Positions 25,580 through 37,900 of a stretch of 64,000 bases of DNA are shown in pieces (the stretch's first letter is position 1; every line of letters starts with the position of its first letter). The translations under genes and the position numbers were made by a program. The notes under the pieces were generated by a model that had not been told where the DNA came from, searched no databases, and worked only from the letters and a program-made list of their open reading frames with translations. The stretch is from assembly GCF_032444005.1 (NCBI RefSeq), contig NC_091288.1, positions 207,948,001 through 208,012,000 of the forward strand. Direction: 5' to 3'. The DNA is from Ranitomeya imitator. Its lineage: Eukaryota.

Positions 25580-26319
25580 CTCACCCTAGTAATAGTCCAG
25601 CTGTCACAATTCCACCACTCAAGGTGTCCTAAGGACGCTGTGAGTGACAGCTCCGCCGCCCTATAGGATCAAGGGCGTGCTGGGCTGTCAGTATTGTGAA
25701 TGACAGCCCAATCGTTCAATCTGAGCCATTGACTTGCTGGACTGTCAGTGTTGTCCAATCTGGTTCGGCCTGTGGGTTTCCTCAAGGTGTCACCCATTCA
25801 GGGTGATTACCTGGCTATTTAGCTGGTTGGCAATGATCAGAACATTGTCAGTTATAGCCTTGCTCTGTTGTGTGTTTGGTCTGTTCTGATTTTCTGATCT
25901 TTGTTGCCGGACCTTGTATTACTCCTTTTGCCTTTGGAACAGTTTGACCTTAGTTACGTAACCTTGGACTTCGCCTCTATCTGTTTGTCTTTGACGTATC
26001 CTTTTCGCTTTTGTCCTCAGACTCCTTGACTGCCCAACCTCACTTTTTATCCATGAGAACTGACTTTTCTAGCTCTTTTTAGTGTTCTGGATAACTTTGC
26101 TTCGCTCACTAAAAAAGAGCCAGCTCTGTGGAATCTAAATGGATCCCTATTAAATAGGTGTTCACCCCAGGTGAACAGACATTTAATGGAGCTGAAGGAC
26201 GCTCACCCAAAGCCGAAAACCCACGTACATGTAGCCAGCTAATGAAATTGATGGATAGGCAGGGTTTGTTTCGTGTGGCCTGGGCTTTGGTGCTATTTTA
26301 CGCTCAGTAAGAACCATCA

Positions 26320-26440
26320 TCTGGAATTCCACGCGTCAACACATCCGATTATCCACCACCCTCGGATCCTTCAGACGGAACCTGAAAACCCATCTCTTCA
26401 GGAAAGCCTACAGCCTGCAATAACCATTCTGCCGCCTCAC
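26320..26440 (+). mobile_element. L2 LINE 3' fragment
   Basis: Reads WNS...HIRLSTTLGSFRRNLKTHLFRKAYSLQ*, the same L2 C-terminus as at 44625 and 51740. Confidence 0.75.
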
Positions 26441-26466
26441 CAACCAGTGTCTTCCATTATAAACAT

Positions 26467-26905
26467 ACTAGATTGTGGCCCGATTCTAACGCATCGGGTA
26501 TTCTAGAATATGCATGTCCCCGAAGTATATGGACAATGATGATTCCAGAATCCGCGGCAGACTGTGCCCGTCGCTGATTGGTCGAGGCAACCTTTATGAC
26601 ATCATCGTCGCCATGGCAACCATTATGACATCTACGTCGATACCGTGCCTGTCGCTGAATCAGAAACATGGGATTTCTACGTCCTTTATGACATCATCGT
26701 CGCTGTGCCCGTTGCTGATTGGTCGAGGCCTGGTGGCCTCGACCAGAGACGCGGGATGTCTACGTCCTTTATGACATCATCGTCGCTGTGCCCGTTGCTG
26801 ATTGGTCGAGGCCTGGCGGCCTCGACCAATCAGAGACACGGGATTTCCAGGACAGACAGACAGACAGACAGACGGAAAAACCCTTAGACAATTATATATA
26901 TAGAT
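26467..26905 (+). mobile_element. Helentron-associated (HINE-like) element with internal tandem duplication and (GACA)n
   Basis: Same termini as 18325-18940. It has internal repeated GACATCATCGTCGCTGTGCCCGTTGCTGATTGGTCGAGG units and (GACA)n before the TATATATAGAT end. Confidence 0.55.
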
Positions 26906-27169
26906 AGACCATTTCTATGTAGGCGAACCCTCCTCAGGCCTTGCTGCCAGCCAAGGCGTCCTCAATTTATCATACAGGACCATCTTCCCTCGTTTCTGAT
27001 ATACACCTTTTTCCAGGATAATGACCTGCTTCACATATTTAATATATTCTCCGCTCGAGGTAGGCTCTTCTTTAATCCAATTTCTTGCTATGACCTTCCG
27101 AGCCATGTATAGTAGTCTAGGTCACTTCTGTACTTAACATCCCCTATTCTAGTATATATAGTCCCCACA

Positions 27170-28265
27170 TCCCCATCCTGATACACATGGCCCCCTCATC
27201 CCTACTCTGGAATGCATGGCCTCCTCATCCCTATCCTGGTGTGCATGGCCCCCTCATCCCTATCCTGGTAGGAATGGTCCCTTTCATCCCTTTCCTCGCA
27301 GGAAAGATCGCCTTCATCCCTATCTTAGTATTCATGTCCCCATCCATATCCTGGTATGCAGGGCCCCCATCTCGTCCTAGTATGCATGGTCCCATCCCTA
27401 TCCTGGTATGCGTGGCACCCCCATCCCTATCCTACTATGCACGGCCCCATCTCTATCCTGGTATGCAGGGCCCCATCTCGTCCTAGTATGCATGGCTCCA
27501 TCCTTATCCTGGTATGCGTGCCCCCCTCATCCCTATGCATGGTCCCATCTCTATCCTGGTATGTAGGGCCCCCATCTCGTCCTAGTATGCATGGCCCCCA
27601 TCCATATCCTGGTATGCAGGGCCATCTTGTCCTAGAATGTATGGCCCCCATCCTTATCCTGGTATGCAGGGCCCCATCTGGTCCTAGTATGCATGGCCCC
27701 CATCCTTATCCTGGTATGCAGGGCCCCATCTGGTCCTAGTATGCATGGCCCCCATCCTTATCCTGGTATGCAGGGCCCCATCTGGTCCTAGTATGCATGG
27801 CCCCCATCCTTATCCTGGTATGCAGGGCCCCATCTGGTCCTAGTATGCATGGCCCCCATCCTTATCCTGGTATGCAGGGCCCCATCTGGTCCTAGTATGC
27901 ATGGCCCCCATCCTTATCCTGGTATGCAGGGCCCCATCTGGTCCTAGTATGCATGGCCCCCATCCTTATCCTGGTATGCAGGGCCCCATCTGGTCCTAGT
28001 ATGCATGGCCCCCATCCTTATCCTGGTATGCAGGGCCCCATCTGGTCCTAGTATGCATGGTCCCATCCTTATCCTGGTATGCAGGGCCCCATCTGGTCCT
28101 AGTATGCATGGTCCCACCCTTATCCTGGTATGCAGGGCCCCATCTGGTCCTAGTATGCACGGCCCCATTCCTATTCTGGTATGATTGGCCCCCATCCCAG
28201 TCCTGGTATGCATGGCCCCATGTTTATAATTGGCCCCCACCTCCATCCTGGTATGCATGGCCCCA
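27170..28265. repeat. 52-bp dimeric minisatellite (two ~26-bp subunits)
   Basis: GCATGGCCCCCATCCTTATCCTGGTATGCAGGGCCCCATCTGGTCCTAGTAT is near-perfect over about 27650-28150, with monomeric degenerate flanks. Confidence 0.93.
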
Positions 28266-28549
28266 TCAGAAAACAACAAAAAAAAACATTACACTTACCT
28301 TCCCGGCGCTCTCTCGCAGCACCTTGTTCAGATGCCAGCAGCTGCTTTATGCTTGTAAGCTACGCATGGCAGGGACATCATGCGTGCGCTGCTCACAAGC
28401 AGAGCACAGCTGCTAGAATACTCACTACTCTAAACGCCGGGACTGTGCGCGCAGAGAGCAGTGAGTATTCATTACTCTTCAGTAGCGCGCACAGTGTCAG
28501 CTGGAGCCTTCCTGCAGCTGGCGGCTGTCATGTGTGCCGCTACTTAAGA

Positions 28550-30360
28550 GAAAATAAAGGGAACCTGTCACATGAATTTGGCGGGACAGGTTTGCGGTCA
28601 TATGGACGGGGGTTTTCGGGTGTTTGATTCACCCTTTCCTTACCCGCTGGCTGCATGCTGGCCGCAATATTGGGTTGAAGTTCATGCTGTGTCCTCCGTA
28701 GTACACGCCTGCGCAAGGCAATCTTGTAGTTCGTAAAATGGGGTCACTTATTGGGGATTCAGCTGTTCTGGGACCTCAGGGGCTCTCCTAGTGGGTCATG
28801 GCACCTGCAAGCCATAACATTAAAATCTTTCGCTCCTTGCCTTCTGAGCTTTGCACTGTGCCTGAAAAATATTTCCCGATTACATGTAGGGTGTTGGCAC
28901 ACTAAGGAAAACATGGACCTCAGTTTGTTGTATAAAAAATTTCCTATTAGCTCTTAGAAAAGCTAAAAACTTGGGGTTAAATTAACATTTTAGTGGTAAA
29001 AATGTAATTTATTCTTTCTTCACCTCTCAGTGGTATAACATTCTGTGAGATACATTTGTTAGTATGATCACTGTATCCCTACATAAATTCATTGGGGAGT
29101 GTAGTTTGTAAAATGAGTTCACATATGGGGGGTTTCTGTTGTTCTTGCACCTCAGCCAATGTGACATGGCACCCTCAAACCATTCCAGCAAAATCTGAAG
29201 TCCAATATGGCGTCTCTTCCCTACTGAGCTTTGTACTGTGCCTCAAAAGTAGTATTCCTCCACATATAGGGTATCAGCGTACTCGAGAAATTGCACAACA
29301 ACTTTTGGGGTCCAATTTCTCCTGTTACCCTTGGTAAAAATAAAAATTGGGGGCAAAAAGATTATTTTTGTGGAAAAAATATGATTTTTTTTTTCACGGC
29401 TCTACGTTATAAACTTCTGTGAAGCACTTGGGGGTTTAAAGTGCTCACCACACATCTAGATAAGTTCCTTGGGGGGTTTAGTTTCCAAAATGGTGTCACT
29501 AGTGTTTTTTTTTCACTGTTTAGGCACATCAGGGGCTCTCCAAACGCGACATGGCGTCCGATCTCAATTCCAGCCAATACTGCATTGAAAAAGTAAAACA
29601 GTGCTCCTTCCCTTCCGCGCTCCGCCATGCGCCAAAACAGTAGTTTACCCCCACATATGGGGTATCAGCATACTCAGGACAAATTGCACATCAACTTTTA
29701 CGGTCCAATTTCTCCTGTTACCCTTTAAAATAAAAAAAATTGGATCTAAAGTAAATTTTTTTGTGGAAAAAAAGTTAAATGTTCATTTTTTTTAAACATT
29801 CCAAAAATTCATGTGAAGCACCTGAAGGGTTAATAAACCTCTTGAATTTGGTTTTGAGCACCTTGAGGGGTGTAGTTTTTAGAATGGTGTCACTTTGGGG
29901 TATTTTCTATCATATAGACCCCTCAAAGTGATTTAAAATGTGATGTCCCAAAATAAAAAAAATGGTGTTGTAAAAATGAGAAATCGCTGTTTAACTTTTA
30001 ACCCTTATAACTCCCTAACAAAAAAAAAAATTGGTTCCAAAATTGTGCTGATGTAAAGTAGACATGTGGGAAATGTTACTTATTAAGTATTTTGACATAT
30101 CTCTGTGATTTAAGAGCATGAGAAATCAAAGTTGGAAAATTGAGAAATTTTCTAAATTTTCGCCAAATTTCCGTTTTTTTCACAAATAAATGCAAGTCAT
30201 ATCAACATTTTTTTTACCACTATCATGAATTACAATATGTCACGAGAAACCAATCTCAGAATCAACGGAATATATTGAAGCGTTCCAGAGTTATTACCTC
30301 ATAAAGGGACAGTGGTCAAAATTGTAAAAATTTGCCCGGTCATTAATGTGCAAACATCCC
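28550..30360. mobile_element. Composite non-autonomous DNA-transposon-derived repeat (TTAA-type)
   Basis: Starts with AAGGGAACCTGTCA, as does the 34720 element. Segment 30241-30346 is homologous to 43611-43718, and 29790-30170 to 42700-43130. There is no coding capacity. Confidence 0.6.
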
Positions 30361-31812
30361 CCAAATGTGCAAAAAAAAAACCCACAAATGTAGTGAGCTG
30401 ACATATATGGCCAAGTAAATAAATGTTATATAAATACAACAATCACATACTTATATATGACCCCAAAATACTGCATTCAGGCTGTGTTATCTATGGCATA
30501 CTAGATTTTTTTCAAATATAGCAAATAAAGTGCCACAAATTCTACGTAGATACAGAGTTCCACACAATTAATTTGCAATGTGCAAGAGCATAAATTATAA
30601 AGTGGGGACCTGATCTACAAAGGCAGGGTCAATAGTCTAGATAAGAAAGTCTGAGTAGACCCTATAGTGGTTCATATCCAAGAATAGGGAGGACTATCCA
30701 CTAAGTGATAATAAACATACCCTACGTGACTTTCCTTGTTTTTAGCTCTTTCTACTATTAATGCTGATCGAATAAAACAGTCATCAAACAGGAGTTTAGA
30801 TTAAAATATGCTTTTTATTAATTTAAGAATATATTAGAGACATTTGTGATCCATTTTGATCTTGTATAAAAAATATCATCCAGTGATGTGTAAGGTTTTT
30901 ATTTTACAACAAATGGACAGACAACACAGGAGATATACACAGACACAATGTAGCTCAGGTTTATTCCATTGAAAAGGGGGTATAGTTTGTAAGTTTATTG
31001 GAGGCTGGAGAAGGTGAATACTTTTGAGAAGTGGCTTCATCCGGGTGGAGATACGGTGCCAGGGACTTATCTCCCTTTTCTCCTATAATATTGCATGTTG
31101 GGAGGAAAAAGCTCTTCCAGAATTTCCTGTTTTGGGACGCGGGGCCTAGTCAGACATTTTGTCTATATAGTGAGGTATAATCTCGTAAGTGCAAATTTGA
31201 CCGATATATAGGTAAGCCTTTATTGAATATTTGGTCGACATGTTGAGGTGATATGTATAATTTTGCAGAATACTGATATTTCAACTTGGTGTCTTGATTT
31301 GATTTTTAATTTTTTATCATTGTGGATTAGATAGTGGGACATGCTGACAACATGGCCTCCTAGCTCAGCAAATTGGCTTCATTTTCCAAGGTCTCCGCAC
31401 TTTACATCAATTTTGGGCCAAATTAAATGCTTCATACTTTCTATGGTCTCCTCAATCTTGAGGCTCATGATTGACTGGGACTATTTTTGGCAGTGACACT
31501 ACTAGTGAGCCGGTTTTGATCTTGATAGATTAGTTATAGACTTGTATCCTGGATATACCCCCTAATGTTGAGTGACACGAGAGTGTCATAAACAGCATTG
31601 GTTACCTCATAGACCGTCGTTGTCTCGGTCACCATGATGTGTATGACGAATTGTAAGTGTAATTTATGGACTGTGTAAACATCACTATTGAGGTATCATT
31701 AAAATATAAAAAAAGCAGCCTGTGCCCTGAGCCAGTGTGAATACTGCTTATCCACATACCTCCCACCTTAGGTTATGAAAGGCGGATGTGAAACATTGGA
31801 TATGTAGGCTGG

Positions 31813-31916
31813 TCACAGAAATAAGTTATTTATGTAAAATATGGCTACTAATGTGCAAGCATTCAAGAGGTAGATAACGCTGAATGATGATGATGATGCT
31901 CCAGAAGTGGGGGTTA
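31813..31916 (-). other. Last coding exon encoding a GPI-anchor-type signal
   Basis: Translates as (V)TPTSGASSSSFSVIYLLNACTLVAIFYINNLFL*: small residues (S-G-A), a polar spacer, then a hydrophobic tail running to the stop. A strong polypyrimidine acceptor precedes it. Confidence 0.8.
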
Positions 31917-34900
31917 CTGTAAAAGAAAAAAAAAGGAAGGTGGTTAGGTGAATGCATGATTCGGGATTCCGCTGGATTCCTGTTACTTGAAAGCAGTGCA
32001 ATCCCAAAACTAAACCCCCATTGCCTATTCACAGAATTGATCATAGGTCTTTGATTATCTGGGCTCCTGCCACTGAGACCCTCACTGATCTCGAGAACAG
32101 GGATCCTGTTTGCCAGACGGGATGAAGCCGTAGTGCGTTTCATTCAAAGTCTATGAGACTGATGAAGAAATGGTTACGCTGTTCTTGGTTGTTTCGACCT
32201 GTCCCATAGACTTTGACTGGAGCTGTGCTGTACGTGACCAGTAGCTTTTGGTAGCATAATATCAAGATTTCTCAGATTGATTGCTACAGATTCACCGGAT
32301 AACATCCATATTATTTACACATTGACGAGTAGTATATCTGAAGTGACCAGTCTGTCGGATCACCTACGTATTCAATTCATTGTTATATTGGCAATGCGGT
32401 GAAGGTAGAGAATAGGCAAGGAGACTTGGCACACTACTGCTTATCTCTTACATATAATCAAATTTGGTGAAGGTTAATCTAGGTGGAGAACCCCTCTAAA
32501 GAATGTAGTTACCATAAGACAAATTTTAAGGGAAGAGTGACATCAAACGACTTCAAAAGATGTCTCTGTTGGGTTTCAGTGACCATTTCCAACCATAGTT
32601 GAAACCCTCTGTAATCCTTCATCTTTTGACTATGAGGCCGTCAGATAATTAAAGAAGCACTCCCAGTTTTCCCCCCTTCTATAACCACACCCTCAACTGA
32701 TGGTTAATTAGATTGTACGCTTATTTTATATACAGTTTACTTATTTCCATGCAAATCAAACTTTTGTTTTTTTTTCCTTCAAAGAGGTTGTCCCACGAAC
32801 AAACTACATTTTAATGAATAGATCTTGGAATAATAAGTTACACAATTGGATATGTAAAAATGTTCCTGTTCTGAGATAATTATATAACTGTGCCCCTGCT
32901 TTGTAGTTTTTTATTTGCGGAGTCTGACCTTGTAGAGCTGCTCCAGCTCATGATTAGCACATACCACAGCTCCTGGGCCCGGGGGATGAAACATAGATCA
33001 ATTATGATAAGAGAGTATACAGATGCAACAGCAAGGAGTCGCTGCTTTCCAAGGTAACTAATTTTCCTGGCTGTTTTATCACAGGAGCGAGTGTTTGCTA
33101 CGGTGTCTACAGGTCTGTGAGTTCATCATTAATCAAGTCAGTGGTGTAGGTTCGTCCTACGACATCTGAGCGCCTATGTCATTCACTATGAGGAACTCAG
33201 AAGGCTGGAGATATGACAGAAACACTCGCTCCTGTGATAAAACAGGCAGGGAAATGTGTTATCTCAGAAAGCAGCAGCTTCAAGCCCCTGCTGTTTCATG
33301 TTACTTATCATAAATGACTAATGCTTCCTCACCTGGCCGGGAGCTGTGGCAAGTGCCAACCATAAACTGGAGCAGATTGTACAGATAAAATAAGACAGTA
33401 CATAAAAGGTGCACATTTATAAAATTATCTCAGCACAGGAACTTTTTTTTAGCTCATCCGATCGTGGAACTTATTATTATTCCAAGATCTATTAATTAAA
33501 ATGTACTTTGTAAGTGGGGCAACTTCTTTAAGCCTTGATATCTCCCATTCAAAAAAATACTAATTTTTTTTAAAGTGAAACGTCCCTTTAGGCTTGGAAA
33601 GTGGAAATTTCTGTTGTTGTCTATGCTATTTTTTGGCTCACATATTCTTAATGTTATGAGAAAAGCCAAGGATGAAAACACGTTACCTTCTTTATACCAT
33701 AGTTATGAGATGTTGAAGACAGAATGTACCCCCTAACCTGCTGTCACTCCTAAAGAGTGGTGGGCACCATTATACACTGATGAAATATCCGTGAAGGGAA
33801 ACCCACCAAGACATCCTTCCTTTCAGTATTTTTGTTAATGGATTTTCTATGCGTTAACACCAATCCCAATACTAAAGAGATGCAAAACGGTAGACTTTGC
33901 AGAAGAGCTGTTTATGTCTTCCTACAAACACGTTCTTATATTTCCATGTATACTTGTAGTGTAGATATGGAGTGTAATAAAAGAATCATCTTGTTACCTA
34001 GGCTAATGATTATGAAATCGTCAGGCATTGTCTCGTTGACTCCTCCCTTTACGCCAAGTCCCAGTTTGTTGATCTCTGTCTGTGTGTTTACCGACACCCA
34101 GGCTTGGAGTACGGAGCTGTTGGTTATCGTGTCGATGTCGGAGATGCTATTTCCAAGGAGAGCCTTAATATTTTCAGCACTCAATTTCTATTCGACAATG
34201 ATAAGTAAAACATGTATGAAAAAGTCAGATTAAACACTTATTTTTTCGTAATATATCCTGTTAATAATAAAAAAAAACATAGGTTAGTCACCACCATAAG
34301 AGTTTTTGCTTTGAACAGGCCATGGGCTGTGAGAATATGCTCGTAAGGGACTGAGATGCAATACCATGACAAAGCCAGTAGAGAACGAGACGCTGTTCCA
34401 GAAAATAAAAAAAAACATTTGTAGTGCAATGGTTATGCCTGGGATTGTGATAATTCAGCTGTAGGGGACCAGAAGGGAAATGTTTGGGGAGAAAAAATGG
34501 GAACCCTGTGTTTCAAATCTATTTAAAGTAAAAGCTCCGAATGTAATGAAGTAACATTTTGGTAAAATTAACGTCAATCTCTCAAAATGTAAATGTGAGC
34601 TATAGAAGACTGGAATAAAATGGATTAAAACTGAGTTGTCATCAGAAGGATGATGAGGAGACAGGTGTCCAAGATTGCGGTTTATCGGTCAACGTGTTTC
34701 GAAGTATCAAATTTATTAAAGGGAACCTGTCACCCCGAAAATCCGGGGTGAGGTAAGCCCACCGGCATCAGGGGCTTATCTACAGCATTCTGTAATGCTG
34801 TAGATAAGCCCCCGATGTAACCTGAAAAGGGAGAAAAAGACGTTAGATTATACTCACCCAGGGGCGGTCCTGCTGCTGGTCAGGTCGGATGGGCGTCTCC

Positions 34901-37900
34901 GGTCCGCTGCGGCACCTCCTATCTTCATTACAAGACGTCCTCTTCTGATCTTCAGCCACGGCTCCGGCGCAGGCGTACTTTGCTCTGCCCTGTTGAGGGC
35001 AGACAAAGTACTGCAGTGCGCAAGCGCCGGGCCTCTGACCTTTCCGGCGCCTGCGCACTGCAGTACTATCCTCTGCCCTCAAGAGGGCAGAGCAAAGTAC
35101 GCCTGCGCCGGAGCCGTGGCTGAAGATCAGAAGAGGACGTCATGGAAAGAAGATAGGAGGCGCCGCAGCGGACCGGAGACGCCCATCCGACCTGACCAGC
35201 AGCAGGACCGCCCCTGGGTGAGTATAATATAACGTCTTTTTCTCCCTTTTCAGGTTACATCGGGGGCTTATCTACAGCATTACAGAATGCTGTAGATAAG
35301 CCCCTGATGCCGGTGGGCTTACCTCACCCCGGATTTTCGGGGTGACAGGTTCCCTTTAATTAGGACAAACCACAGTGATTTTCCTGGGGTTTGTCCTGAT
35401 GAAGAAGTTTGATATTTCGAAATGCCTTGACTCTAAAATGAAAATGTGAATATTTCATTGTATAATGAAAGTTCTGAAATTCTGTAATATGCTCATTGCC
35501 GACATCAGAGGAGCAGCACCGGTCCTGGAATGTTATTTATTTCTTTTTTAATCTTATGTCAGGCATTTAAGAAGGGGTTGTCCAGTAGTGGGCTATCCCT
35601 TTAAAGGTTCCTATAACTTTAGTGACCTATAATGATGGACAGAGTCAATCATCAGGGGAAAAGTGACCAGGAAGTGACAGAAGGGGGACACAGGAACTCA
35701 AACAAGATTCCTCGAGGACAGACAGACATGAGCGCTGAATACTGCAATATGTAACTATTATGTATTTTTCGTGTAACTACTACAAAATGGAGACCACAAA
35801 TAATTTTAGAAGAAATCATCACGAGTCTGCCTGTTATAGCCAGAGAAAAAATTCTGGATTAATAATACAGTTTAACCCTTTCTCGACATCACCATGTATT
35901 TATTTTGCTGTTTAGAATTACTTCTCAAAATTTTCTGTACCGGTGTGGAGCTGTGAGGATGCAGGCTTAAATGGTTACACCCTGTTGTCACTTTATTAAC
36001 ACACAAATAATAGAGGAACAACACCATTCCAAGAGATAAAAAATTCTGATTTTTAAGAAAGTGGGAAATACAATTGGGCAGCACGGTGGCTCAGTGGTTA
36101 GCACAGCAGCCTTGCAGCGCTGGAGTCCTGGGTTCAAATCCCACCAAGGACAACATCTGCAAGGAGTTTGTATGTTCTCCCCATGTTTGTGTGAGTTTCC
36201 TCCAGGTTCTCTGGTTTCCTCCCACATTCCAAATACATACTGATAGGGAATTTAGATTGTGAGCCCCATCGGGGACAGCGATGATAATGTGTGCAAACTG
36301 TAAAGCGCTGCGTAATATGTTCACGCTATATAAATAAAAATATTCTTCTTATTATTATTACAATTATTATTACTAAAGCAAACATGTCAGGAGCGAGGGT
36401 CTATTTTATGGTTCATAGTTTATTTTAAGAGTCCGAAAAGGAGGAATCAGAAAGGGGAGAGAGAAGTAGGTCACAACACTAGTTTTGATAAGTCTTTTGA
36501 ATTACACCGTCCCACAATTACAGCTTTTCATCTGCTGTATCTACAGGATGGGTGATAAGTTGCTGATTGCAGGGGGTCTCATAAATTACAAGAACAGGGT
36601 CTTCCATTTAAATGATGAGACACTGCTGCTGCCCAATTCATCGTCAATGGGACTGACGATTATAGCATCTAATAAGTTAATACTTGTGATAAGAGAATAG
36701 TTGATACGTTGTCATTTTAGGTCAACCCATTAATTAATATACATTTAAATTCAACATTAATATATTTTGTTCCTAAATAATTAGGTTTTTGAGGCAAAAA
36801 ATACCTAAGTAATCTGGAGTACTGGTATCTAACTAAGAATGTTCCTATTTCCTACAACCATCAGATATCTTGAAAATGTTGAGAATTTCGGTGATGTTAC
36901 TCGTTTCTCTGGAAATTAATATACTTTTTTTATGAACATGAGTTCTTTATGTGGAATGGTTTTTCTATACTGTGTTGGGCTAGGGACAGATATTCTTAAT
37001 TTTATACATTTTTACCTTAACTTCAGACGGATTCAATGATGTAAATGTAGTAAGATCCATTTCTGGGTTACTTTTTGCAAAAAGGAGCAGATCCTCATAT
37101 TTTGAGCCTCCTGCAGGAGAAATAGTTACGTAAACATTTTAAGTATCAAGTTGGGGAAAAAATTTGAAACAAATAACAATAAGATTGTAAAGTACCCCAC
37201 TCCCAAAAGACCAGCAACCACCACAACAGCTGCCTTATGCAGTTTCTTCGACATTGACAAAACATTTGCAAAGTTCCACAACGTAATCTCTTACCTATCA
37301 CCGTCGTCATCATTTCGTAATAAGCGTTGGAAGAGTCGTCAGAGGTTGAGTAAGCTGACTTCATCTTGCTGTAGAGAAGATCCTTCTGGCCCTGAGTACA
37401 AGTTGATGTATCCAGAGGTTGGCTAGAATTTCTAAAATGAAAAGAAATAATTTTGCATGCATCAATTTCCACATTAAAGGGAACCTGACATTTGATACCT
37501 GCTGCCCAAGCCACAGGCAGCATGCATCAGGCTTTGGCTGCATGATTTCAGCCAGATATGTTCGACTCCAAAATGCAGCGACATTTCAGAAAAAAACACA
37601 CATCAAAAACCGTCTGGGACCGAGCCGCATGGCAGAGTAGTCAGACAGGCGGGTCCCTGGCGGCTTTTCGCCTCTGGCTCCTGTTGTGCGACGGGTCTCT
37701 CCCTGTGTGCATGTACAGGGAGAGACCTGTCACTCCAGAGCAGTGGGCGGGGAGAAGCCATTGGAGATCCGCCTTTTCGACTAGTCTACTGTGCAGCTCG
37801 GTCCCCGGCCAGCTATTAAAGTTCATTTTACGTATGTTTTTAAGTTTTTCCACAGTTAAACATACCTGGCTGAAATCATTAAAACCTACAAGAGAAAAAA

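Noticed and set aside
31020-31420. Possible Penelope RT/endonuclease remnant on the minus strand
   Set aside because: The resemblance is only vague and broken by stops, too weak to list as a feature without a search.
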